Counted from the first letter of the stretch, positions 21,572 to 32,560 are shown. The stretch is 64,000 nt of DNA from Vulcanimicrobiota bacterium (GCA_963795855.1 CAWCIZ010000001.1:192001-256000), one strand, 5' to 3'. A program made the numbers and translations. Notes: a model not told the origin generated them from the sequence alone.

Positions 21572-22078
21572 CGGTCGGTCACCGTATCCTGCAAACGCAG
21601 CCGCGCGATCTTCGCGATCTCCTGCAACGCTTCGCGCATTTCGCCGTGCCGGTCGTGGGCCAAACGCGCGTCCAAAGCTTCGAGAATCGTCTCTTTGCTG
21701 TGCTCCCGCACGCAGATGACGAACGGGAATCCGAAATGCGCGCGATACGCGTCGTTCGCCTTCTCGAAGCGGGCGATCTCCGCCGGCGAGAGCCGCTCCA
21801 AACCGGCGGAGCGCTGTTCGTTCGCCGACGCCGGCGTCAAGCGCCCTTCGCGAGCGACTCGCCCTGCGAGATCCGGGATGCGCCGCAATGAGCGCCGTCT
21901 GCCGCTCTTCCGTTGCGCGTTCGACGACCGCAGCGAGCGCGGAGTGAAGCTCGGCGACGGTGCGAAAAGGTCGCCGGTTCGCGGCTTCCCGCGCGATCCA
22001 AGGCGAGCCTTCGAACGCGAATCCGACGGCGTCGACAAACGCGTCCGTGTCCATGGCGTTCAACTGCTCGATCGTCAC
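21568..22078 (-). CDS. uraD: OHCU decarboxylase; frameshift near 21880
   Basis: FEGSPWIA, AHPDLAG, SANEQ, YRAHFGFPFVICVR, EIAKIARLRL. Confidence 0.9.
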
Positions 22079-22141
22079 GGCTCGTACTTCAGGCGCGGCG
22101 CGGCGGGTGCCTTTCGCGATGCGCGTCTAACCTCGCGCCCC

Positions 22142-23327
22142 GTGAATACCGGCGATTTGCTCGCGGGATACGACCGTTCCGCGCTCACCCTGTGCTCCAT
22201 CGGCAGCCACTCCGCACTCGAAGTGGCGTACGGCGCTCGCGCGCAAGGGCTGCGCAATTTGGTCGTGACGGCGAAGGGCCGCGAAAAGACGTACACGCAG
22301 TACTACGCGCGCCGGCCGGATCCGCCTCGCGGATGCGTGGATGAAACGCTCGAACTCGGCGCATTTACCGAGTTGCTTCGCGACGACGTCCAGCAGCAGC
22401 TGCGCGAGCGCAACGTCGATTTTTCTCGCGAACCGCTCCTTCGAGGTCTATCTGCATCAGCAGTTCTGCTACGACGAGATCGAGCGCGGCATGAAGGTGC
22501 CGATGTTCGGCAACCGGCGCTTGCTGCGCGCCGAGGAGCGCGACGAAGAGCACAATCAGTACGCGCTGATGCAGCGAGCGGGGATCCGCCACCCGCTGCA
22601 GTTCGCTTCGCCGGACGAAATCGATCGCCTGGTGATGGTGAAAGCGCCGCACGCGAAGGTGAGTTTCGAACGCGCGTTTTTTCTTTGCTCCTCGCCGCAA
22701 GAATACCGCGATGTTTCGCAGCGGTTGATACGCGACGGCATGCTGACGCAAGCGGGCCTGCAGAACGCCGTCATCGAGGAATACGCGCTCGGCCCATCCG
22801 TGAATCTGAATTTTTTCTATTCGCCGATTTTTGGCGAGTTGGAATTGAGCGGAACCGACACGCGGCGCCAAACGAATCTCGAGGGTTTTCGCAACGTGCC
22901 GCCCGCTGCGTTCGAGGCGCTGCGCAACGTACCGATGCGGTTGGAAGAAGCGGGCCACATCGCGGCGACGCTGACGGAATCGACGCTGGAAAAGGCGTTC
23001 GAGATGGGCGAGCGATTCATGAGGGCCGCGCGCGAAGCGAATCCGCCGGGCGTCATCGGCCCGTTTGCGCTGCAATGCATCATCGTTGCCGGGCCGCCGA
23101 AAGAGTTCGTCTGCTACGACGTTTCATTGCGCATCCCGGGATCGCCGGGAACGCGTTTCACGCCGTACTCGGCTTACCGCTGGGGACGCGACGTTTCCGT
23201 GGGCGAGCGCATTGCGATGGAAGTCGTTTTGCGCGCGACGCGCCGGTTCGAGAATTCTCACGTAAAACGTCGGAGGAACGATATGACGTCACATCAAGGG
23301 AACCGTCACCCTGAAGGCCCGAGCTGA
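22142..23327 (+). CDS. PurP-family ATP-grasp protein (FAICAR synthetase-like, DUF1246/DUF1297); frameshift near 22420; 3' end uncertain
   Basis: SIGSHSALEV, ANRSFEVY, PMFGNRRLLRAEER, ERAFF, IEEY, DTRRQTNLEG, GHIAATL, PPGVIGPFALQ, DVSLRIPGSPG. Confidence 0.82.
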
Positions 23328-23753
23328 AGGGCGACCGGCGCCCGATTCACGTTGTCACGGACTTGCAACCGTTACGCTGGACGCGTAACGCAGAACGGAC
23401 GCGCAACGCACTGCTGATCGTCGTGCCGTCGCTCGACACCGGCGTGTGTTCGATGGAATCGCAAATTCAACGCGCGCATCGGCGAATTGCCGGCCGACTT
23501 GCGCTTATGTCGTAAGCCGCGATCTGCCGTTTGCGCAGGCGCGCTGGGCGAAGAGCAGGGCGACGTGAACTCGCTCTCTCCGATACCGATCCAGATTTCG
23601 GCCGGGTCGGCGTACTGATAGGACTGGATTGCTGGCGCGCTCGTCTTCATCATCGGAAAGACAAGACGATCCTTACAAGCAAATCGTCCCGAGGTCGCAG
23701 GAGCCGGACTACGAGACGTCATCGCGGCCGCGCCCGCACGTCGTCGGCGGTAA
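23283..23753 (+). CDS. tpx: Thiol peroxidase (atypical 2-Cys peroxiredoxin), heavily frameshifted in this sequence
   Basis: RBS GGAGG before ATG 23283; joining frames gives KGN..EGPELK..AP, LLIVVPSLDTGVCSME, KFN, SRDLPFAQAR, GLLAR, VPEVA. Confidence 0.65.
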
Positions 23754-23762
23754 ACGCATACG

Positions 23763-25314
23763 ATGACGCCTGCGACCGCAACCGTCTTCATTCTCGACTT
23801 CGGCGCTCAGTACAGCCAACTGATCGCGCGGCGCATGCGCGAGGCAACGTGTACTGCGAATCGTTCCGTACGACACGCCGTGGAGCGACTTCGCGCGCAG
23901 CCGCGGCATAATCTTGAGCGGCGGCCCGGAAAGCACGCTCGTGCCCGATGCGCCGCAGATGGATCCGGCGATCATTCGCAGCGGCGTGCCGATTCTCGGG
24001 CATCTGTTACGGCATGCAACTCGTCGCGCGCGAATGCGGCGGCGGAACTGGTCAAACTCGATCATGCGGAGTACGGACCCGCGACGCTGCTGGCCGTTCG
24101 ATCCCGAGACGCCGCTGTTCGAAGGCGTTCCGACGCGAATCGCGCGTGTGGATGTCGCACGGCGACTCGGTTGTGCGCATGCCGGAAGGTTTCGACAAGC
24201 CGGCTCGACGGCCCGCTGCAACGTTGCGGCCATGGCGAACGACGAGCGCAAAATGTACGGCGTGCAGTTTCATCCCGAAGTCGTGCACACCGAATACGGC
24301 AAGCAAGTCATCAACAATTTTCTGCACCGCGATTGCCGGCATCGCCTCCGACTGGCAGATGGAATCGTTCGTCGATCGCGCCGATCGCGCGAGATTCGCG
24401 AAAAGGCCGGCGGAGCGACAAAGTGATCTGCGCGCTTTCGGGCGGCGTCGACTCGGCGGTCGCGGCGACGCTCGTCTCGCGCGCGATCGGCGAGCAACTC
24501 ACGTGCATCTTCGTCGATCACGGCTTGCTGCGCAAGAACGAAGCGGAGCGCGTCGATCGAAGCGTTTCGCGACGTCATGCATCTGAACGTCGTTGCAGTC
24601 GACGCGCGCGAACGCTTTCTGGACAAACTCGCGCGGCGTCGAGGACCCGGAACAGAAGCGCATCATCATCGGGCACGAGTTCATTCGCGTGTTCGAAGAA
24701 GAAGCGGCGAAGATTCCGGGCGTCAAGTACTTCGTGCAAGGCACGCTGTATCCGGACGTCATCGAATCGAAAACGCCGGAAAGCAAAGCCGGCCACAAAA
24801 TCAAGTCGCACCACAACGTCGGCGGCCTTCCGGAACAGATGAGCTTCGCGCTGATCGAGCCGCTGCGCGCGCTCTTCAAAGACGAAGTGCGCGCGGTCGG
24901 GCGCGTGCTGGGATTGCCCGAGCACATCGTGCAGCGTCAGCCGTTCCCGGGTCCCGGTTTGGCCGTGCGCATCATCGATGCGATTACCGAAGAACGCTTG
25001 CACTGGTGCGCGAAGCGGACGCGATCGTCTGCGAAGAGATCGACAGCGCCGTGCTCGATCCCAAGCCGTGGCAGTATTTCGCCGTGCTCACGCCGGTGAA
25101 GAGCGTCGGCGTGATGGGCGACGGCCGCACGTATTCGAATCTCGTTGCAGTGCGCGCGATTACGAGCGAAGACGGCATGACGGCGGACTGGGCGCGCCTG
25201 CCGTACGAATTGCTCGAACGCATCAGCACGCGCATCGTGAACGAAGTCCCGGGCGTGAACCGCGTCGCGTACGACATCACCTCGAAGCCGCCGTCGACGG
25301 TCGAATGGGAATAG
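23763..25314 (+). CDS. guaA: GMP synthase (glutamine-hydrolysing); several frameshifts
   Basis: [64 protein letters not shown]. Confidence 0.93.
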
Positions 25315-25318
25315 CGCC

Positions 25319-26586
25319 GTGAGAATTCTCGTCGTCGGCGCGGGCGCACGGGAAGATGCGCTGTCGTGGCGTTTGCGCAGTCGCCGTCGTGCGAAGCGAT
25401 CTTTGCCGCGCCGGGAAACGCCGGCACCGCGTCGCGCGGCGAAAATTGGAACGTGCCGCCGACCGACGGCAAAGCGATTGCCGCGCGTTGCGTGAAGAGA
25501 GCATCGATCTCGTCGGTGCTCGGACCCGAAGTCGCGATCGCCGCGGGCGTCGGCGATCGGTTGCGCGAGGCCGGCATAGCCGTGTTCGGCCCAAACCGCT
25601 CGGGCGGACGCCTGGAGTCCAGCAAGATCTTTGCCAAGCGCTTCATGGAACGGCACGGCGTCCCGACGGCGCGCGCCGTCGTCGTCCATTCGCTCGAGGG
25701 CGCGGTGAAAGCGCTCGAAGAGTGGAGCGGCGCCGTCGTCGTCAAAGCCGACGGTTTGGCGGCGGGCAAGGGTGTAGTGGTCGCCGACGATGCGCAAGCG
25801 CGCGCGTGACGTGCTGCAGGATTGGTACGGCGGAAATCGCGTTCCCGGCGGCGGCAACGACGTGCTGCTCGAAGAAAAACTCGAAGGGCGCGAAGTCAGC
25901 GTTTTCGCGCTTTGCGACGGACGCGCGATGTTTCCGATCGCATCGGCATGCGATTACAAACGCGCCGGCGACGGCGACACCGGTCCGAACACCGGCGGCA
26001 TGGGCGCATATTCGCCGCCGAAAGGGTTTCCGGCGGATCTCGAAGATCGAGTGCGCGAGCGCATTCTCGCGCCGGTATTGCGCGGATTGCTCGCGGAAGG
26101 CGAGCAGTACATCGGCGTTCTGTATTGCGGTTTGATGTGGACCGAAGACGGACCGTCGGTGATCGAGTTCAACGTGCGCTTCGGCGATCCCGAAACGCAA
26201 GTGCTGATGCCGCGCGTGACCGGCGACTTTGCCGCATTGTTGAAATCCGCCGCCGACGGCGCGCTCGATCTGAGCGCGGCATCATTTGCGGCGCGCGCGT
26301 GCGTCGGCGTCGTAGTCGCGACGGCGGATTATCCACGCAGCAGCACGCCGCTGAGTGGGCTGCCGCGCGACGTCGACCTCGGGCTGGACGCTCAAGTGTT
26401 TTGGGGCGGTTCGAGTGTGGACGGCGGCACGATCGTCATCCGGCGGCGGCCGCGTGCTTACGGTCACGGGCCTGGGCAACGATCTGGATTCGGCGCGCTT
26501 GCGGGCATACGACGCCGTGCAAGATCTTGCATCGCGCATTCGGCGCGCGCGGCTTGACCTATCGCACCGACATCGCGAAGGTGTAG
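25319..26586 (+). CDS. purD: Phosphoribosylamine-glycine ligase; several frameshifts
   Basis: LVVGAGARE, APGNAG, LESSKIFAK, KADGLAAGKGV, GPNTGGMGAY, EFNVRFGDPETQ, GGRVL, YRTDIA. Confidence 0.93.
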
Positions 26587-26588
26587 AT

Positions 26589-27182
26589 TCAGCCGCTGCG
26601 CTCTGCGCGCTCGTCATGGTCGCAAACGCAGCCCGAGCGGTCGCCGCGCCGGCGCGATTGCAGCGAGTTCTTGAGCAGGCCGAGCAGCACGTCGCTTCGC
26701 GTGCTGGGCGGTGCCTGCGCGAGAATCGGAAAACGATCTCCGAGGAGCATCCGTAAACCGCTGCGCGCGAGGTCGGTAACAGCGCTGGATTGATCGATCG
26801 GCGTTCCCTTGCGGATCGGCCGGAGTTCGGCATCGATGAGATTTCGCTCGAGCAATTGTATCAGCGTCGTTTCGCACGCGGGTCTCGCGTACGCGTTCTG
26901 ACCGGCGGCGCCGGCCTTGCGCAGGCGTCGAATGAGGCACAAGTCCTCGAGCGCGCGCAACGAATCGAAGACGACGGAATCGCTGAGCAACCCCATATCT
27001 TCTTGAATCTGACGCACCGTCGGCTGGCTCATGCCCGTTCCCACGCCGAGCATCGCGACGTACGTGTACACCGCGAGTTGGCGCGTGGAAACCAAATGAA
27101 ACAAGAAGCTCGACCACCACGCAGGCATGTACACAAAGGGCTCGCAGTCGCAGAGATCCTGCGCCGCGTCGATCAATTCCAT
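26589..27182 (-). CDS. Hypothetical protein with probable winged HTH
   Basis: PTVRQIQEDMGLLSDSVVFDSLRALEDLCLIRR resembles an HTH. Confidence 0.55.
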   Translation of the reverse strand: MELIDAAQDLCDCEPFVYMPAWWSSFLFHLVSTRQLAVYTYVAMLGVGTGMSQPTVRQIQEDMGLLSDSVVFDSLRALEDLCLIRRLRKAGAAGQNAYARPACETTLIQLLERNLIDAELRPIRKGTPIDQSSAVTDLARSGLRMLLGDRFPILAQAPPSTRSDVLLGLLKNSLQSRRRGDRSGCVCDHDERAERSG

Positions 27183-27291
27183 GGCGTAGCGATTTGCTTA
27201 AACCGAGCAGGCTCCCGCAACGTGGATAAAACTGCTTGGTCCGAAAAAGTGGACGGAGGACGCTAGCCTGGCGGGCAACAACGAAAATGCT

Positions 27292-27620
27292 ATGCTAGAC
27301 GAGCACATCAGCGGCCGTCAGGATGGCGGCCCCGCGGTGCTTCGGCTAGCGGGGGAATTCGACGTCTTCCGCATTGCCGAGCTGGACAGCACGCTCCAGA
27401 CTGCCTATACGGCGCATACCGCCGTTATCGACCTCCGCGACGTCACGTATATGGACTCCAGCGCTCTTGGCTGCTTGGTTCGGCTGAAGAAACGCATGGC
27501 CGAACATGGTGAAGCCCACGTGTACTTGATCAATCCGCATCCGAACGTTCGCCGCGTGCTCGAACTCGACGCGATTGGACGAATTCTTTTTGTTGCGAGA
27601 CTCCTGGGACGACGATGTAG
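27292..27620 (+). CDS. STAS-domain anti-sigma-factor antagonist; frameshift near 27570
   Basis: LRLAGEFD, VIDLRDVTYMDSSALGCLV. Confidence 0.82.
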
Positions 27621-27633
27621 TGTAACGCCGCCG

Positions 27634-27840
27634 TTACGCATCGTCGCACTCGCGCGCGACCATCTCGCGGTATTCCTGGGCGTAGAACCGCAGCGCGGGC
27701 GCCGGAAGTTCGAGCGCTCCCTCTCTTTTCGCAATCGCTTTCACGCGCCTGATCGCTTCCGCTTCGGAAATCACCGCCGTCTCGCGCTGCGCGAGCTGTT
27801 TGAGGGCGTTCCAGAGGCGTTCGGAGGGATCTCGGGTCAT
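27634..27840 (-). CDS. Small hypothetical protein (68 aa)
   Basis: MTRDPSERLWNALKQLAQRE...; helical and coding-like; appears fused to the radical SAM ORF only through an indel. Confidence 0.55.
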   Translation of the reverse strand: MTRDPSERLWNALKQLAQRETAVISEAEAIRRVKAIAKREGALELPAPALRFYAQEYREMVARECDDA

Positions 27841-27974
27841 GCCGTCACCATACCGAATGCGCAGGGGCGGCCGACATACTCGAAACTCGGTAGCGGAAGC
27901 AGGGACCCCAGCGCTGCCGGTAGCGCGCGTTCGGCACGAGATACAGCATCGAGCGCGAGTAGTCGAAATGCTGC

Positions 27975-28860
27975 TTACAGTAAAGACAGACTGGCGCAGC
28001 CCCGCCGGTTGGATGGCGGGCGTAGCGACTTTCGGGAAGCGGCGCATCGCTTGGGAGACGCGTGTTTCAATCGCGTCGTGCAGTTCGCGCGGCGCGTACT
28101 TTCCTCGGTAGTACGAGGCATAGCGCGCGAGCAGATCCGGGCGGTTCTCGCGCAGGTAATTAAAAAACGCTTCGCGCGTGACGTCGTGCAGATAGAGCGT
28201 GTTGTGCCAGATGGCATGCGCACCGGCTTCGCGAGCCGATTGCACGACCGCCGCGATGCTTTCGTCCGAATCCGTGATGTGCGGCAGTATCGGCGCGAGC
28301 GCGACGTTTACATGGATGCCCGCCGCCGCCAATTTCGCCGCTGCCTGCATGCGTTTCTTTGGAGGCGCCACCGTCGGTTCGATCTCCCGCGAGACGGCTT
28401 CGTCCATCGTAGCGACGCTGATCGAAACGCTTGCGCCCGAAGTTTGCGCGAGCTGCTGGAGCACGTCGATGTCGCGAACGACGAGCGGCGATCGCGTAAT
28501 CAAACGCGCCGGCGTGTCGTAATCGCGCAATGCTTCCAAGACGCCGCGCGTGATGCGATACCGCCCTTCCAACGGCTGGTACGGATCGGTGACCGTTCCA
28601 ATCGCAACGCTCTCGTGCTTCCAAGATCGCTTCGCGAGTTCGGTGCGAAGCACCGCGGGAGCGTTCACTTTCACGTAAATCCGGCTGCCCCACCGTCCGA
28701 CGCCGTCTTCCTCGAGATACGCGTGGGACCGGCGCGCGTAACAAAACACGCATTGGTGGTAGCAGCCGCGATACGGATTGATGGACCACGGGAAGGGCAT
28801 GCCCGTGACCCGGTTCAACACCGATTTGGCCGGCGCTTCGATGACCTCGACCCCGCGCAT
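27975..28860 (-). CDS. SplB-like/Rv2578c-family DNA-repair radical SAM protein
   Basis: SINPYRGCYHQCVFCYAR, IGTVTDPYQPLE, TRSPLVVRDID, EPTVAPP; removing one base near 27990 gives C-terminal QLSLL*. Confidence 0.88.
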
Positions 28861-28874
28861 ACCCCGAGCATACA

Positions 28875-28890
28875 TCGAACGTATGTTCGA
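28875..28890. promoter_or_regulatory. LexA SOS box (GAAC-N4-GTTC type)
   Basis: TCGAACGTATGTTCGA, 15-30 bp upstream of the radical SAM start. Confidence 0.8.
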
Positions 28891-28936
28891 GCGCAAGGCT
28901 GAAACTTCGCGCCCGGCCGCCGGTTATAGAGTGCGA

Positions 28937-29602
28937 ATGGCTATGCGTTTTCAGACTCCGCCGCGGCCGTACGGTTATGCCCCGGCGATTCCCGTACAGT
29001 CGCTGCTCGGGCAGGTGCTCGGCATCACCGCGGTAGGCTTGCTCGTAACGGCGGGATCCGCGTATCTCTTCCAAGGCGTGAGCTATGGCGCGGGCTTGCT
29101 CGCAATGATCGTGGGCTTTTTGCTGCTGATCGGGATCAACGTCGCGCGGAATAATCCGGCGCTCTCGCTCGGGATGTTTTACGCCTTCGCGCTGCTCGAA
29201 GGGATCGGCATTGCGCCGACGATTCACTATTACGTCGCCACGATCGGCTCGGGCATCATCGTTGAAGCTGCCTCTACCACGGGCCTTGGAATGCTTGCGC
29301 TCGGATGTATCGTTTACGCGACCGGCATTGACTTTCGGCGGTTCCAAGGCTATTTGTTCGTTGCGCTGATCGGCCTCGTGATTGCCGGCATCGTCTCGGC
29401 TTTTACGCACTGGATTCACCCCAGCACGTACTCATGGCTGGTCTTGCTGATCTTTACCGGTTTGGTGCTGGTCGATTTTGCGCGAATTCGAGCGGGCGGC
29501 GACGGCCTCTCGCCCGTTCAGCTTGCCGTCCAAATCTATTTGGATGCGATCAACATCTTTTTGGCCGTCCTGCAACTGCTCGGCCGGCGCAGCCGCGATT
29601 AA
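28937..29602 (+). CDS. Bax inhibitor-1/YccA-family membrane protein
   Basis: About 7 TM segments; VDFARI, AVQIYLDAINIFLAVLQLLG. Confidence 0.88.
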   Translation: MAMRFQTPPRPYGYAPAIPVQSLLGQVLGITAVGLLVTAGSAYLFQGVSYGAGLLAMIVGFLLLIGINVARNNPALSLGMFYAFALLEGIGIAPTIHYYVATIGSGIIVEAASTTGLGMLALGCIVYATGIDFRRFQGYLFVALIGLVIAGIVSAFTHWIHPSTYSWLVLLIFTGLVLVDFARIRAGGDGLSPVQLAVQIYLDAINIFLAVLQLLGRRSRD

Positions 29603-29646
29603 AAGCGGGTGCCGGAACGCTCCGGCCGCTGTAGAATAGACATCTC

Positions 29647-31008
29647 ATGTGCGGCATAACCGGTGTTTACGCACCCGGGCATGACGCGGCGCGCCTAGCG
29701 TACTTCGCGCTGTACGCGCTGCAGCACCGCGGTCAGGAATCAGCGGGAATCGCCGCAGGCGACGGAGGCACGATCCGCTCTCACAAAGAGATGGGCCTCA
29801 TCGGCGCAATTTTCGACGAAGAGATCCTCGGGCAACTCGGCGGTCACATTGCGGTCGGGCACACACGCTACTCGACGACCGGTTCCTCGATCGTGGTCAA
29901 CGCGCAGCCGCTGCTGGAACGCACGGACGTCGGCGATTTCGCGTTCGCGCACAACGGCAATCTGACCAACACCGACGAGTTGCGGGAAACGCTCTCGCCC
30001 GGCACCACGCTGCAGGCTTCAACAGACTCCGAAGTAATGGCGAAGGTCCTCGTCGAGGCGAGCGGCTCGATGCTCGACCGTATCAAAAGCGTGCTTCGCC
30101 GCGCGCGCGGCGCGTACTCGATCGTGCTTTGCACCGCCGACGAACTGTACGCGTTCCGCGATCCGTGGGGCGTGCGCCCGCTGTGCTTAGGGCGCTACAA
30201 CGAAGGCTGGATGGTCGCGTCCGAATCCTGCGCGCTTGCAACGATTGGGGCAACGTACGTGCGCGAACTCGAGCCGGGCGAAGTGCTGCGAATCGACCGC
30301 AACGGCATCGAGTCCACGCGCGTGGACGTGGGCGAGCCGCCGGCGCTGTGCATGTTCGAGTACATTTATTTCGCGCGCCCCGATTCCCGGTTGAACGGCG
30401 AATCGATTTACATGGCGCGCTACCGCATGGGCCGCCGCCTCGCCAAAGAATATCCCGTCGAAGCCGACGTCGTGATGGCGATTCCCGATTCCGCGGTTCC
30501 CGGCGGCATCGGATATGCCGACGAAGCGGAACTGCCGTACATCGAAGGGCTGATCAAAAACCGCTATATCGGGCGCACGTTCATCAGTCCCGATCAGCGA
30601 ATGCGCAGCCGCGGCGTGCAACTCAAGTTCAATCCGCTCGTGGAGAATTTGTCCGGCCGCCGCGTCGTGGTCGTCGACGACTCGATCGTGCGCGGTACCA
30701 CGACGCCCCGCATCGTTCAATTGCTGCGAGACGCCGGCGCCGAAGAAGTGCACGTGCGTGTAACGTCTCCGCCCATCAAGCATCCGTGTTATCTAGGCGT
30801 CGATCTCGCGACCTACGACGAACTGATCGCGGCCAACTTCACCGTCGAGGAAATTCGTCAGAAGATCGGCGCTGATTCACTGGGCTACTTGAGTTTGGAA
30901 GGTCTCGTTGAAGCGACGGGCCGCGACGGCAACGAAATGTGTCTGGGCTGCCTCACCGGCGTCTATCCGAACGTTCCCGCGGCGCACGAACCACGCGTTT
31001 TGGCGTAA
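29647..31008 (+). CDS. purF: Amidophosphoribosyltransferase
   Basis: MCGI, LQHRGQESAG, HTRYSTTG, HNGN, FEYIYFARPDS, VDDSIVRGTT. Confidence 0.97.
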   Translation: MCGITGVYAPGHDAARLAYFALYALQHRGQESAGIAAGDGGTIRSHKEMGLIGAIFDEEILGQLGGHIAVGHTRYSTTGSSIVVNAQPLLERTDVGDFAFAHNGNLTNTDELRETLSPGTTLQASTDSEVMAKVLVEASGSMLDRIKSVLRRARGAYSIVLCTADELYAFRDPWGVRPLCLGRYNEGWMVASESCALATIGATYVRELEPGEVLRIDRNGIESTRVDVGEPPALCMFEYIYFARPDSRLNGESIYMARYRMGRRLAKEYPVEADVVMAIPDSAVPGGIGYADEAELPYIEGLIKNRYIGRTFISPDQRMRSRGVQLKFNPLVENLSGRRVVVVDDSIVRGTTTPRIVQLLRDAGAEEVHVRVTSPPIKHPCYLGVDLATYDELIAANFTVEEIRQKIGADSLGYLSLEGLVEATGRDGNEMCLGCLTGVYPNVPAAHEPRVLA

Positions 31009-31012
31009 CGCG

Positions 31013-32560
31013 TTGAACGCAGGCAACAAGCGCTGGTGGACGCTCGCGAACGCGGGCATCTCGGTGCTGATGGCGCTGCTCGACGTGACGATCGTCAACG
31101 TGGCGCTGCCGACCCTTCAGCGCGATCTGAACGCGCGTTTCGACCAGCTCCAATGGGTCGTAAATGCTTACGCGCTTTCGCTCGCCGTCGTGCTCGTTAC
31201 GGGCGGCCGCCTCGGCGACATGTTCGGCCGGCGGCGGCTTTTTACGATCGGCGTGATAATTTTCGTTGCCGGCTCGGCGCTGGCGGGCCTCTCCGGGGTG
31301 TTTCGCATCTCCGGCTTTCCGCAAATAGATGCGCTGCTCGGCGCGCGCGCGATTCAAGGCGTCGGCGCTGCGATCATGATGCCGGTTTCGCTCGCGATCG
31401 TCTCGGCGGCTTTCGAAGGAAAAGAACGCGGCGTCGCAATCGGAACGTGGGGCGCGCTCGCGGGTCTGGGCCTGGCTGCCGGACCGATCATCGGCGGGTT
31501 GCTGATCGTCACCATCGGCTGGCCGTCGATTTTCTTTTTGAACGTTCCCATTGGGATCGTCTCGATAGTTGCGAGTGACGCGACCATCGACGAGTCGCGC
31601 GACGAGAACGCCTCGGGCCGCATCGACTGGTACGGCATCGTCACGCTCTCCCTTTTCGCGTTCTCGCTCGTGTGGGGATTGATCCGGCTCGACGGACTGC
31701 ACGGCGCGGCGCTGCTTCAGATTCTGTGGCCGTTTTTGGTTGCACTCGCGGCACTGGCTGCATTCATCGCCGGAGAGCTGCGCATCGAACATCCCATGGT
31801 CGATTTAGCGCTGTTCCGCAACCGCAGTTTTGCCGGCAACGCCGTCGCGGTGTTCGCGCTCTCGGCCGCACTGGTCGCATTCATCTTTTTTCTGACGCTC
31901 TACTTGCAGAACGCGTTGGGATTCGACGCGCTGCAAACCGGAATCCATCTGCTGCCGATGACGATCCTCGTCGGCATCTGCGCGCCGATTGCCGGGCGCT
32001 ACGTCGATACCATCGGCCCGCGCTGGATTATCACGGGCGGTTTGGCGCTCGGCGCGATCGGCGCTTTTTTGGTTGGACGCGTTACACCGGCCGATCAGCA
32101 GGCGCAATGGACCGTGCTCCTTCCGTCTTTCGTGCTCATCGGCTTGGGCTTGGGCAGCGCGAACGCGCCAATCAACACGGTTGCGGTCGGAACCGCCGAC
32201 CCCGGAAAAGCCGGCGTTGCATCGGGTATCGTCAACGTCTGCCGGCAAATCGGAACCGCATTCGGCATCGCATTCCTCGGCGTATTTTTGACCACGCAGT
32301 ATGACGGCGCGCTCGCGAAGCAGCATCTTTCACCGGCCGTTACGCGTGCCGTTCAAAAAGCGGGTCCGCAGGCCGGAAGCGGAGGGTTGCAGCAGGCGCC
32401 GCCGCGCATCAAACGTCTGCCGATTTTCCCGCAGATTTCGCATGAAACCCGCGCTGCATGGATTGAAAGCTTCGCGCTGACGATGCGCGTCGCGGCGCTG
32501 TTCATCGCCGCGGGCGCGATAGTCGCCGCGGTGACCATTCGAAAACGCGATCTGCGTTAG
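31013..32560 (+). CDS. DHA2 (EmrB/QacA) MFS transporter
   Basis: LDVTIVNVALP, WVVNAY, GRLGDMFGRRR, GPIIGG, IFFLNVPIG. Confidence 0.9.
   Translation: MNAGNKRWWTLANAGISVLMALLDVTIVNVALPTLQRDLNARFDQLQWVVNAYALSLAVVLVTGGRLGDMFGRRRLFTIGVIIFVAGSALAGLSGVFRISGFPQIDALLGARAIQGVGAAIMMPVSLAIVSAAFEGKERGVAIGTWGALAGLGLAAGPIIGGLLIVTIGWPSIFFLNVPIGIVSIVASDATIDESRDENASGRIDWYGIVTLSLFAFSLVWGLIRLDGLHGAALLQILWPFLVALAALAAFIAGELRIEHPMVDLALFRNRSFAGNAVAVFALSAALVAFIFFLTLYLQNALGFDALQTGIHLLPMTILVGICAPIAGRYVDTIGPRWIITGGLALGAIGAFLVGRVTPADQQAQWTVLLPSFVLIGLGLGSANAPINTVAVGTADPGKAGVASGIVNVCRQIGTAFGIAFLGVFLTTQYDGALAKQHLSPAVTRAVQKAGPQAGSGGLQQAPPRIKRLPIFPQISHETRAAWIESFALTMRVAALFIAAGAIVAAVTIRKRDLR

Noticed and set aside
20384..22078. 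UraD-PuuD fusion (564 aa)
   Set aside because: A frameshift in uraD creates it. The uraD C-terminus ends at 21568, overlapping the puuD ATG.
23283..26586. Apparent pseudogenisation or programmed frameshifting of tpx, guaA and purD (also the arg genes, tsaD and others)
   Set aside because: Indels are scattered through many conserved or essential genes, several at homopolymers, without in-frame nonsense decay. Sequencing/assembly error is the simplest explanation.
27292..28902. 536-aa STAS-domain protein
   Set aside because: Only the first ~95 aa are STAS. The rest is the antisense shadow of the radical SAM gene after a frameshift.
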